A stretch of 64,000 bases of DNA from Desulfurococcales archaeon. Lineage in GTDB: Archaea > Thermoproteota > Thermoprotei_A > Sulfolobales > NBVN01. Both the position numbers and the translations under genes were made by a program. How positions within the stretch are numbered: position 1 is the stretch's first letter; every line of letters starts with the position of its first letter. This document shows, piece by piece, positions 36,931 to 46,113 of the stretch. The DNA is taken from NCBI GenBank assembly GCA_027002995.1, contig JALWZB010000052.1, forward strand, positions 196-64,195, written 5' to 3'. A model generated the notes under the pieces. The model saw nothing but the letters and a program-made list of their open reading frames with translations. It did no database searches and was not told the origin of the DNA.

Positions 36931-38079
36931 ATGGTGTCTAAACCGCATGGGGGTAGGTTAGTTAACAGAGTTGCTAAGGGGAGAAGGAGAGAAGCCCTCC
37001 TCGAGGAGGCGAAGGAGCTTCACAGTATTGAGGTAACAAAGAATACGGCGTCAGATATCCACAACATAGCGTATGGTGCGTACTCACCCCTCCAGGGATT
37101 CCTGCTTAGGGAGGACTACGAACACGTACTCTACGATATGAGGTTGTCGGACGACACGCCCTGGACCATACCCATAGTACTCGACGTACGCAAGGATGAG
37201 ATCCAAGGAGTCAAGGAAGGTGATGACGTGGCCTTAACGCACGAGGGTCAGATCCTAGCCGTCATGAAGGTCGAGGAGATTTACGAGTGGGATAAGAAGG
37301 AGTTCGCTAGGCACGTGTTTAAGACTGAGGACCCCAACCACCCCGGTGTTGCCCGCACGTACGCCCGTAAGGAACTACTGATTGGGGGCCCGATAGATCT
37401 GCTTAACCCGCTGAAACACCCCTTCGACAGATACGCGCTCACACCGCTTGAGACGAGGGTGCTGTTCAAAGAGAAGGGGTGGAGAACCATAGTGGCGTTC
37501 CAGACACGTAACGTGCCGCACTTAGGGCATGAGTACGTCCAGAAGGCTGCCTTAACATTCGTTGACGGCCTCCTAATCCACCCATTAGTGGGGTGGAAGA
37601 AGCCCGGCGACTTCAAGGACGAGGTCATAGTGGCTGCTTACGAGGCACTAATCAAGCACTACTACCCGAAGGACTCGGTCGTGTTCTCCGTGCTCTGGAT
37701 GCAGATGAGGTACGCAGGACCTAGGGAAGCAATACACCACGCGATAGTTAGGAAGAACTTTGGCTGCACACACTTCATCGTGGGCAGGGACCACGCCGGC
37801 GTAGGTAATTACTACGGACCGTACGAGGCGTGGGATCTCTTCAACGAGTTCCCCGACCTAGGCATAACGCCGCTATTCATACGTGAGTCATTCTACTGCA
37901 AGAAGTGTGGAGGCATGGTAAACGCTAAGATCTGCCCGCACAGCGACGAATTTAGGGTGAGGATAAGCGGGACCAAACTCAGGAAAATGATAAGGAATAA
38001 GGAGAAACCACCGGAATACATGATGAGGCCGGAGGTAGCGGAGGTTGTCCTCAGCTTCGACAACCCGTTCGTCACTTAG
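36931..38079 (+). CDS. sat: sulfate adenylyltransferase (ATP sulfurylase)
   Basis: 382-aa ORF; QTRNVPHLGHEY, VGRDHAGVGNYYG, C-terminal Cys cluster CKKCG...CPH. Confidence 0.95.
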   Translation: MVSKPHGGRLVNRVAKGRRREALLEEAKELHSIEVTKNTASDIHNIAYGAYSPLQGFLLREDYEHVLYDMRLSDDTPWTIPIVLDVRKDEIQGVKEGDDVALTHEGQILAVMKVEEIYEWDKKEFARHVFKTEDPNHPGVARTYARKELLIGGPIDLLNPLKHPFDRYALTPLETRVLFKEKGWRTIVAFQTRNVPHLGHEYVQKAALTFVDGLLIHPLVGWKKPGDFKDEVIVAAYEALIKHYYPKDSVVFSVLWMQMRYAGPREAIHHAIVRKNFGCTHFIVGRDHAGVGNYYGPYEAWDLFNEFPDLGITPLFIRESFYCKKCGGMVNAKICPHSDEFRVRISGTKLRKMIRNKEKPPEYMMRPEVAEVVLSFDNPFVT

Positions 38080-39139
38080 GGAAATCCCCGCATGCTCTGA
38101 GTTTATTGAGGGGGTCCTTAGGGAGGGTAGGAAGGTTTACGTGCTACATCACTGGGATGCTGACGGCGTGGCGTCCGCAGCAATACTCCTGCGGGTGCTG
38201 GGACCCCGCATAGTGGGTATGAGCACGCCTAAGATAGGTGTGTATGGGGCAAGCGCCCTGAACCTCAATGAGATTAAGAAGAGCGGAGCTGACGCCCTGG
38301 TGGTGTTGGATTATGGGGCACGCCCCGACGAGGTGTTAGCGCGAGTGCCTCAGGGGCTTCAGACATTCATCGTTGATCACCACGCTGTTGAGTTAAGCTA
38401 TAATGCTCGGGAACGCTGCTGTAACCCCGTAGCACTAGGCATGGGCGAGGCCGAGTACCCCTCAACCACGTGGGTGCTCTACGAACTCCTCAACACACCC
38501 TCTGACATCGTTGATTTAGTGGCGCTAGGTATTGTTGGAGACCTTGGGCCAGCACTCGCTACGAGCGAGCACGTGACGTTTGTTGATAACGTTGCTGCTG
38601 AGCTCAACATGACCCTCAACGACTTCGTTAGGGCGGCTGAACTCATAGACTCTTGCTACAGGATTATGAACAGCGAGTGTATCGAGCACGCGGTTCAAGT
38701 GCTTGCAGAGGAGGGTGTTAAAGGTGTTTTACATGACGAAGTATTAATTAATGCTCATGAGTCAGCGTCACGTTACGTTGATAGTGCCTACGACCGTCTC
38801 CAAAGCCTTGAAGAACCCTGTCCCGGTGTGAAGCTATGGAAGTTAAGCCTAGACTCCCTAGTGACTTCATACGTTGGAAGGTCGCTAGCACGCGCGTACC
38901 CGGACAACGTGATCTTACTAGCGCACAATATACCGTCGCTCAACGTGACGTACGTGTATGTCAGAAGCTATTCCGTACCGCTGAGGAGGTTCCTTGAGAA
39001 GCTGAGAGAGGAGGGACTGAGCGTGGGTGGTAAGGACATGGTGTTCGTGGTGACGTGCTCCGAGGGAGAGGACTGTGATGAGGTGCTAAGTAAAATAACC
39101 ACACATTTATGCCGTGACCTAAGTAGGGAGGGGCAGTAG
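38045..39139 (+). CDS. DHH-family phosphoesterase (candidate pAp phosphatase / nanoRNase-like)
   Basis: 364-aa ORF; LHHWDADGVAS and FIVDHH motifs; TTG 38045 has GGAGGT 8 nt upstream; 35-nt overlap with the sat 3' end. Confidence 0.72.
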   Translation: MSSASTTRSSLREIPACSEFIEGVLREGRKVYVLHHWDADGVASAAILLRVLGPRIVGMSTPKIGVYGASALNLNEIKKSGADALVVLDYGARPDEVLARVPQGLQTFIVDHHAVELSYNARERCCNPVALGMGEAEYPSTTWVLYELLNTPSDIVDLVALGIVGDLGPALATSEHVTFVDNVAAELNMTLNDFVRAAELIDSCYRIMNSECIEHAVQVLAEEGVKGVLHDEVLINAHESASRYVDSAYDRLQSLEEPCPGVKLWKLSLDSLVTSYVGRSLARAYPDNVILLAHNIPSLNVTYVYVRSYSVPLRRFLEKLREEGLSVGGKDMVFVVTCSEGEDCDEVLSKITTHLCRDLSREGQ

Positions 39140-39141
39140 AT

Positions 39142-40491
39142 TTGAGGAAAGTGTTCGTGCTTGGGCTGGACTCGGCACCGCCGAAAACCCTATATGAGAG
39201 GTACGGTGTCGACATTCCTGCGTTGGGCTCCCTCATAGATGACTCCAGAAGGTGGTTAATGCGCACCTGCCACCCGCCAATAACGATACCGGCGTGGCTA
39301 GTGATGTTCACCGGTAAGACTCCTGGAGAGCTAGGCATTTACGGGTTCAGGCATAGGAAGCCTGGGGACGTTGGACACACCTACATAATAAACTCGAACT
39401 TCATTAAGCACCAGACATTATGGGATACCGTCGGCCGCGCTGGCGGCCGCGTAGGGATTTTCGGGGTGCCCCCAACATACCCGCCAAGGCCCGTGAGGGG
39501 CTTCATGATAACGGACTTCATGACTCCTGGCCCGGAAAACCAGTACGCGTTCCCGCCGTGGCTTAAGCGTGAGCTAGAGTCGAGGTTCGGACCACTCATA
39601 TTCGACGTGAAGTTCAGGAGGCATGATAAGGAGAGGGTTAGGGACGAACTCTTCCAGATGACTAGGCAGCACCTGAAGATAATCGAGTACCTAGTTAAGC
39701 GCAAAGCGTGGGACCTCTTCATATACGTTGAGATAGGTATTGATAGAATACACCACGCCTTCTGGAAGTACTTCGACGTCTCCCACCCTAGGTACGAGGA
39801 GAACGAGGAGCTATCACGTGTGATCCCCGACTACTACAAGTTAATAGACGAGGGATTCGAGAGGATCAGGAAAGCATTGCCGAAGGACACGATAATAGTT
39901 GTTGCGTCCGACCACGGCGTTAAGTCAATGGCCGGCGCGTTCGCCGTGAACGAATGGCTCATTAAGGAGGGGTACCTGAAGCTGAAGGAGAAGCCGAAGA
40001 AGCCCGGCACTGACCTAACCAGAGAGATGATTGACTGGGACTCAACAATAGCTTGGGGCTGGGGAGGCTACTACTCACGCATCTTCATCAACCTAAAGGG
40101 CAGAGAACCGAAAGGAATTGTCGGTAGGGAAGAATTCGATGACATCATAACGCAACTCTCCAACGACTTACGGAGAGTGAAAGGCGATAATGGCGCGTTA
40201 TGGCGCAACATAGTGCTTAGACCAGAGGAAATATACCCTGAAGTGCGGGGTGACCCGCCTGACCTGATGGCGTACTTCGACGATCTAAGCTGGCGCGCTG
40301 CTGGAACCGTTGGGTGGGACACTCCGTTCCTTCCGGAGAACGATAGGGGGCCTGACGACGCGGTTCATGACTGGCATGGCGTGTTCACGGTCTACGACCC
40401 TGAAGGGACGGTGTCTCGCGGGATGGGTGGTGAGATGCCTATAGAGCGCATAGCTGATTACTTGAGGGAACTGATACTCTCTAAATCCTAA
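39142..40491 (+). CDS. alkaline-phosphatase-superfamily hydrolase (type I phosphodiesterase / nucleotide pyrophosphatase family)
   Basis: 449-aa ORF; VFVLGLDSAPP, PPITIPAW (candidate Thr nucleophile), VVASDHG; starts 2 nt after the DHH gene stop. Confidence 0.78.
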   Translation: MRKVFVLGLDSAPPKTLYERYGVDIPALGSLIDDSRRWLMRTCHPPITIPAWLVMFTGKTPGELGIYGFRHRKPGDVGHTYIINSNFIKHQTLWDTVGRAGGRVGIFGVPPTYPPRPVRGFMITDFMTPGPENQYAFPPWLKRELESRFGPLIFDVKFRRHDKERVRDELFQMTRQHLKIIEYLVKRKAWDLFIYVEIGIDRIHHAFWKYFDVSHPRYEENEELSRVIPDYYKLIDEGFERIRKALPKDTIIVVASDHGVKSMAGAFAVNEWLIKEGYLKLKEKPKKPGTDLTREMIDWDSTIAWGWGGYYSRIFINLKGREPKGIVGREEFDDIITQLSNDLRRVKGDNGALWRNIVLRPEEIYPEVRGDPPDLMAYFDDLSWRAAGTVGWDTPFLPENDRGPDDAVHDWHGVFTVYDPEGTVSRGMGGEMPIERIADYLRELILSKS

Positions 40492-40545
40492 AGGCGATTT
40501 CAATGCAGGTTTAACTCAACCACTAAGTAAGCGGGTGCATGCGCC

Positions 40546-41319
40546 ATACATTGGTTAACGTACGTTGCCTACGCCGGCATCGCCGTTGCTATATCCTTGC
40601 TCTCCTCCATGGCCGGAATTGGGGGCGGGGTATTCATGGTCCCCCTATTCTACTTCTTAGGGCTAGGAATGAGCAACGCCGTGGGAACCAGCAAGTTCGT
40701 AATCACCTTCATAAGCTTCGTGAGTATGGTGAGCTACTTAAGAAGTGGTAAGGTGAACTACCGCGTAGGGCTAGTGGCTCTCGCAACAATGATACCATCA
40801 TCATACGTTGGCGCCTGTCTTTCAGGGCTCCTGAACTCATCGATACTGAAGTTCATCGTCGGTTCATTCATAATGATCTACAGCCTCAGACTCCTCTCCA
40901 CGTACATCAGGAAGAAAGTGAGAAAGGAAGGGGAGGGAAACGACTATGGCACCAGCCCATCACTAAGCACGTTACTTAGGTGCGCCTTCGTAGGCCTCAT
41001 AGCAGGCTTCATAGCAGGAATAACAGGGACGGCGGGCGGCTCCGTGAACATGCCGCTCTACACCACGGTTTTAGGTATGCCCATACACAACGCCGTGGCT
41101 ACGTCGTTCTTCACGATATTCCCCACAGCAGTGATAGCTACAACCCAACACATACTCCATGGCGAGGTAATTTACAATGTCGCTATACCTTTCGTTACTG
41201 GGTCGCTTGTAGGTGCGTCCATAGGGTCCCGGCTGGCGGTTAAGATGAAGCCTCAAACACTCAGGTTAATTATCGGTTGCGTGCTTCTCGTAACGTCCGT
41301 TAAGATGTTGTTACCGTGA
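40546..41319 (+). CDS. TSUP (TauE/SafE) family anion permease, second copy; 5' end unresolved
   Basis: MAGIGGGVFMVPLFYFLG signature. TM1 (WLTYVAYAGIAVAISLLSS) is encoded upstream of the first canonical in-frame start TTG 40597. The frame is open from 40531; ATA 40546 has GGGTG 8 nt upstream. Confidence 0.72.
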   Translation: MHWLTYVAYAGIAVAISLLSSMAGIGGGVFMVPLFYFLGLGMSNAVGTSKFVITFISFVSMVSYLRSGKVNYRVGLVALATMIPSSYVGACLSGLLNSSILKFIVGSFIMIYSLRLLSTYIRKKVRKEGEGNDYGTSPSLSTLLRCAFVGLIAGFIAGITGTAGGSVNMPLYTTVLGMPIHNAVATSFFTIFPTAVIATTQHILHGEVIYNVAIPFVTGSLVGASIGSRLAVKMKPQTLRLIIGCVLLVTSVKMLLP

Positions 41320-41383
41320 CTTCCTAGGAGGGTACCTAGATTAACGCCTTTATCCCCTCAAAACCATACCTCACTTGGGCGGG

Positions 41384-41437
41384 ATGACGCGAACCGGGTT
41401 GCCTGAGAATAAAAATGATGCTCCTTCAGCGGATAGA
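41384..41437 (+). ncRNA. weak C/D box sRNA-like element
   Basis: AUGACGC-12nt-CUGA-8nt-AUGAUGC-12nt-UAGA. The spacing is canonical but the terminal boxes are degenerate; lies between convergent genes. Confidence 0.25.
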
Positions 41438-41459
41438 CCGCCCACGCCACGCATTGCCT

Positions 41460-43817
41460 TCAAGCGCTGCATAGCACGCTTAGCGGTACAGTGAAGTAAA
41501 TTACGCCATCCTCAACCCTAGCGTCAACCCTTACCCCATTAAGGCTTACTTCCCTAATCACTCCTGAACTGAATACCTTGAACACCACGTCCTTTATTTC
41601 AGGTGAGTACCTCAAGGATTTTGGCTCTGTGCTTACCTTTAGCATGTCCTCACGCTTCCTGAGGGTCACAGCTAGTTCGAAGTACTCGCCGTTAAGGCTC
41701 TCGCCATCATCATCGTAGATAATTACCTCGGCATCATGATTAACGAAGGACTCAACATATAGCGGATCCCACACTTCATGCGCTGTCCGTTTGGGATCCG
41801 TGGTTATGACGGCTGTGTCCTCCCTAATGAATAAGGGAATCCTGTCTAAGGGAGCGTTAACGAGTTTCCAACCCGGTTCAAGAACTTCGCCTGTCCAGTA
41901 ATTAACCCACTTAACCACCGGTAAGTACGCCGCCCTAGCCTCCTTCCCTGGGGCCGTCACTGGCGCCACGAGTAATGACTTACCAACCATGAATTCATCG
42001 CTTATGGTGTAGGACCGCTCATCCTCGGGGAACTCCAGAAAGAGTGCACGCATGACTGGCTTACCGCTCCTGCTAGCTTCAACAAATACGCTGTAGATAT
42101 ATGGTAGGAACCTGTACCTCAACTTAATGGCATCAGCTATTAGCTTCTCCCACTCAGGACCGAAGACCCACGGTTCTTGTCTTCGCGTACCTTTACTGCT
42201 GTGGTTCCTGAAGAATGGGTAGAAGGCGCCTAACTGCGTCCATCTTAGGAGGAGTTCCGGTTCTGTGTCACCCTCGAAGCCTCCTACGTCCGCGCCGACG
42301 AAGTGAAGTCCACTTAAACTCATATTCAATAATATAGGTATTGAGATAGAGAGGTGTTCCCAGCATGACTGATTATCTCCTGACCATACCGCCGCGTACT
42401 TCTGTATGCCAGCGTAGGCCCCCCTACTGAGGATGAACCACCTGCTTCCGGGGCTATGCTTCTTGAATGCTCGGAGGGTTGCTTCCGCCTCTAATAGCGG
42501 GTACGCGTTGTGAATGCTGTCATGATGCACCTTAAGCCCGTTACCAGTCTCATGGACGGCGTCTATTCGCGGCACACCCAGCCAGGGCCATCCGTACGTG
42601 GAGATCAGTGCTGGGGCATTGCGAAGAAGTTCGCCAAGCTCGTGCGTTCTGCCCTCACTCAGTAGAGCACTCGCTTTCCTGACCACGGACTCGACGTCGC
42701 TTACCTTGTAAAATATTGCCGGTTCATTCATGTCTAACCAAATGCCGCTAACACCCTTTGAGAGCAACTCACACGCTACCAGCTCTCCCCACCACTCACG
42801 CACGTCCTCACGAAGGAAGTCTGGGAACACACATACCCCCGGCCACACACCACCGCGGAATAGTTCGCCGTTAGGGGTCTTCATGAATGCGTTGATCGCC
42901 ACGCCTTCCTCAAACACTCTGTACCCTCGCTCCTCCTTAACACCTACGTCCAGTATCGTTACCAGTCGAATGCCTAGCTTACGTAACTCCTTAGCTAGCT
43001 TCTCAGGCTCCCTGAAATCCCTACTCCACGTGAATATCCTGTACCCTTCCATGTAGTCTATATCAAGGTGTATGGCGTCGCAAGGTATGCCTCTCTCCCT
43101 GAAGGCCCTAGCTATGTTGAGGACCTCCTCTGAACTCATGTAGCTGTACCTGCTTTGGTGATAGCCTAACGCCCACTTAGGCGGTAAGTAAGGCTTCCCG
43201 GTTAGGGATGTGTACGCCTCGATAACCTCTAACGGGTTCCTGCCAGCCATTACGTAAGCTACTAACGCATCACCGTAGATTGAGGTCCTCACCAGACCCG
43301 GGGACCTAGCACCTACGTCAATCTCTGCGTACCCCGTGTGGTTTACGAATACGCCAAGGTACCTTCCAGGCTTTAGTGCTAAGTAGAAGGGGATTGACGC
43401 GTACATCGGCTCCCCCAGCGGAAGATGAACTGGCTGGTCAACGTTCCATAGCCTGTACGTCCTCCCCCGCCTATCGAGTGGACCATATTTCTCGCCTAAG
43501 CCATAAATGTGTGAGTCCCCCACATAATGCTCGAGTACAAGCATGCCGTCCTTTGGGGACGTGACGCTGAGTTCTGTTAATGCCTTGCCCTCCCAAGCTA
43601 TCTTGAGGCTTGCTTCCTCGATCCTCACATCCCAAGCCCTGACCGTGCGTTGAGCGCTTGTTACAGTAGTTGCTGGTATTAGCTTTAGTAATTCCTCAAG
43701 TTTTCTTAATGATTCTTCACGCCCTTCACGGCACGCGCTTATCTTGAGGATGTTGTTACTTAGAGGTTTGTAAGTGAGGCGCACTGCTTCTTTCCTGAAG
43801 GTCCCCTCGTTTATCAA
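41460..43817 (-). CDS. GH31 alpha-glucosidase
   Basis: 785-aa ORF; GIWLDMNEPA catalytic nucleophile region, WSGDN motif. Confidence 0.9.
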   Translation of the reverse strand: MINEGTFRKEAVRLTYKPLSNNILKISACREGREESLRKLEELLKLIPATTVTSAQRTVRAWDVRIEEASLKIAWEGKALTELSVTSPKDGMLVLEHYVGDSHIYGLGEKYGPLDRRGRTYRLWNVDQPVHLPLGEPMYASIPFYLALKPGRYLGVFVNHTGYAEIDVGARSPGLVRTSIYGDALVAYVMAGRNPLEVIEAYTSLTGKPYLPPKWALGYHQSRYSYMSSEEVLNIARAFRERGIPCDAIHLDIDYMEGYRIFTWSRDFREPEKLAKELRKLGIRLVTILDVGVKEERGYRVFEEGVAINAFMKTPNGELFRGGVWPGVCVFPDFLREDVREWWGELVACELLSKGVSGIWLDMNEPAIFYKVSDVESVVRKASALLSEGRTHELGELLRNAPALISTYGWPWLGVPRIDAVHETGNGLKVHHDSIHNAYPLLEAEATLRAFKKHSPGSRWFILSRGAYAGIQKYAAVWSGDNQSCWEHLSISIPILLNMSLSGLHFVGADVGGFEGDTEPELLLRWTQLGAFYPFFRNHSSKGTRRQEPWVFGPEWEKLIADAIKLRYRFLPYIYSVFVEASRSGKPVMRALFLEFPEDERSYTISDEFMVGKSLLVAPVTAPGKEARAAYLPVVKWVNYWTGEVLEPGWKLVNAPLDRIPLFIREDTAVITTDPKRTAHEVWDPLYVESFVNHDAEVIIYDDDGESLNGEYFELAVTLRKREDMLKVSTEPKSLRYSPEIKDVVFKVFSSGVIREVSLNGVRVDARVEDGVIYFTVPLSVLCSA

Positions 43818-43856
43818 GAGGGATGTTCACCTCCCCCAATGTGTTGATAGGGTTTG

Positions 43857-44795
43857 TCAGTGTTTCTGCGTTGTTAGGACATACTCGAGTATGCCGCGTA
43901 GGGCTGTCTTGGCAGAGTTCCTGAATATGGGGTTATTCTCGCGGGCAGCCATTATCTTAGCTACTTCGGGATCCTCCTTAAGGATTATCTCGAACACTGC
44001 GCTAGGGTCCGTTAAGCCTTTCCTTACCGCGTTCTCCACTATGTTTAACCACCGCAGTATCTTGTTCTTTGCTTTCTCGAGGGCTTCTTCACCCCGCCAC
44101 GGCAGGATCCCATAGTGTGAGACTGTCACTACGTTAGGGCGTTCCTCCTTAATCTTCTCAATGCTTGCTAGCGCTAGGTCTGCCTGGAAGGGTGGTGGGG
44201 TGACGGGGTGTAGCTTGCCATCGTGGTGAATGGCTAACGCGTCGCCAGTCACCGCAACTGAGTCGGGGATCACTATGTATGCTACGTGGTGTGGTGCGTG
44301 GCCTGGCGTGTATATCGCCTTGACCTTAACGTCCCCTAAGTCGATTATCTCGCCGTCCTCCACGCCACGCACGTACTTAGGGTCTATGGGTTCCGGCTTA
44401 CCCATGGCGTTCGCCCTTTCCTCCCCAAGCACTGTTAGTGCTGATGACCACAGCTTCGTTGGGTTGACGACGTGTTTGACACCGCGGGGGTGAACTAGGA
44501 TCTCTCCCTCGTATCCTTCATTGATTAGGGTTTTGAGGAGTGAGGCTGCGGCGCCCCCATGGTCTAGGTGTATGTGGGTCAGTGCCACGAAGAGCTTCCT
44601 AACGTTATTACTGCTTAGCAGTGGCCTAAGTTCTGTTATCAGGTTCCTCAATCCCGTCATTGCTCCGGCATCAATTAGTGCCGCCTTGCCTTCACCCACA
44701 ACTAGGTAAACCCCTATCAACTGAGGCACACCCAAGGGCTTCGTGTCTATCAAGTAAACGTGGTTAGTCACTTTCTCCGCACTCACCCTGATCAC
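43857..44795 (-). CDS. metallo-beta-lactamase superfamily hydrolase
   Basis: 312-aa ORF; LTHIHLDHGG metal-binding motif, TPGHAPHH. Confidence 0.85.
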   Translation of the reverse strand: MIRVSAEKVTNHVYLIDTKPLGVPQLIGVYLVVGEGKAALIDAGAMTGLRNLITELRPLLSSNNVRKLFVALTHIHLDHGGAAASLLKTLINEGYEGEILVHPRGVKHVVNPTKLWSSALTVLGEERANAMGKPEPIDPKYVRGVEDGEIIDLGDVKVKAIYTPGHAPHHVAYIVIPDSVAVTGDALAIHHDGKLHPVTPPPFQADLALASIEKIKEERPNVVTVSHYGILPWRGEEALEKAKNKILRWLNIVENAVRKGLTDPSAVFEIILKEDPEVAKIMAARENNPIFRNSAKTALRGILEYVLTTQKH

Positions 44796-44797
44796 CT

Positions 44798-45979
44798 CTA
44801 GATTTTTGCGAACGCCTTGCCTAAATCCTCTATTAAGTCGTTGACGTCCTCCAGCCCGACGGAGAGCCTTAGTAGCGTGTCCTTAATGCCTAACTCCTCC
44901 CTAACGTCTGGCGGTATGTACTTGGCTGCGGAGGCACTTGCTATGGATATCAGTGATTCAGGCCCGCCTAGGCTTGGTGACGGTGTGATTACCTTAAGTT
45001 CCTTAAGGAACCTTATGATCGAGTCCCTACCACCGCGCGGGACGAAGCTAACTACGGCGCCGTAAAGCTTCGTGCGGAATATCTTATTGGCTATGCTGTG
45101 GTAGGGACTGCTAGGCAGTCCGGGGTACATAACGTCCTCAACTTTCGGGTGATCCAGGAGATATTCTGCTATGGCTCTAGCGTTCTCGCATTGCTTAACG
45201 AACCTCACCCGCAATGTCTTAATCCCACGTATCGTTAGGTACGCCTCGAAGGGCTGCATTACGGTCCCCAACATCCTACGCCAATCCCAGAGATCCTGGA
45301 TGACGGCGCTTGATGCCGCCACCGCGCCCCCGATAACATCGTTATGCCCGGCTAAGTACTTCGTGAGGCTATGGATCGTCGCTGAGGCACCATAGTCCTT
45401 AGGATGCAATAGAATAGGGGTGGTGAAAGTATTGTCAACAACTAATGTAGTGTCTCCACGGTCTCGCACGACCCTCGATATTCTATCCAAATCTATTACC
45501 TTCAGCGTCGGGTTACTCATAACTTCCAAGAAAACCACAGTTTTTACTGCCCTGTCGTCACCCTCTAACGCGTCTATTATCGCATCAGCAGAGGGCCAGA
45601 CCTTGATGACGTCAAACCCCATCTTCCCGGATAGCGACTCCAGAAGCTGAAGGGTGGTGCTATACATCTCTAGCGGCACGATCAACCTGCAACCTGGCTC
45701 AAGAACCCTTAACATTAACGTAGATATTGAAGCCATCCCACTCGAGAAGGCTAGGGCGTCATCGTAACCCTCTAACGACGCGATCACACGCTCCAGGGCC
45801 CGTACGGTTGGTGTCTCTTCCCGAGCGTATTTAATTACCTTACCCCTATCGCTCACCATAGCATGCTCCTCGTCTAGGTACCTGTAAACAGTGCTGAGGT
45901 ACACTGGCGTAACTACTGAACCAAACTGCTCTTCACTCCACTTCCACCCATGCACAGCACTCGTATCATCCCTAACCAC
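44798..45979 (-). CDS. PLP-dependent Cys/Met metabolism enzyme (cystathionine gamma-synthase/lyase or O-acylhomoserine sulfhydrylase family)
   Basis: 393-aa ORF; HSLTKYLAGHNDV with the PLP lysine, LGGPESL. Confidence 0.87.
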   Translation of the reverse strand: MVRDDTSAVHGWKWSEEQFGSVVTPVYLSTVYRYLDEEHAMVSDRGKVIKYAREETPTVRALERVIASLEGYDDALAFSSGMASISTLMLRVLEPGCRLIVPLEMYSTTLQLLESLSGKMGFDVIKVWPSADAIIDALEGDDRAVKTVVFLEVMSNPTLKVIDLDRISRVVRDRGDTTLVVDNTFTTPILLHPKDYGASATIHSLTKYLAGHNDVIGGAVAASSAVIQDLWDWRRMLGTVMQPFEAYLTIRGIKTLRVRFVKQCENARAIAEYLLDHPKVEDVMYPGLPSSPYHSIANKIFRTKLYGAVVSFVPRGGRDSIIRFLKELKVITPSPSLGGPESLISIASASAAKYIPPDVREELGIKDTLLRLSVGLEDVNDLIEDLGKAFAKI

Positions 45980-46113
45980 TCTACATCACTAGTTACGAAT
46001 ACCATGACGCGCCTTTTTAGTTAATTCTCCGCAGTTACGCCATTCAAGCCAGAACACAATTAGTTAGGCTAATCCTGTAGCACAAGAAAATTAATGGGTA
46101 ACTAAGGAAATTC

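Noticed and set aside
38092-38100. An out-of-frame ATG (ATG CTC TGA) just after the sat stop, initially grouped with the feoB, aRF1 and TSUP-2 start anomalies
   Set aside because: The DHH gene has an in-frame TTG at 38045 with a strong GGAGGT 8 nt upstream, so no recoding or non-canonical start is needed.
40539-40751. A 70-aa Arg-rich ORF starting at ATG 40539
   Set aside because: It overlaps the TSUP-2 coding frame, and its product (RCLRRHRRCYILALLHGRNWGRG...) looks like an off-frame translation. Only its ATG is of interest, as a possible out-of-frame start for TSUP-2.
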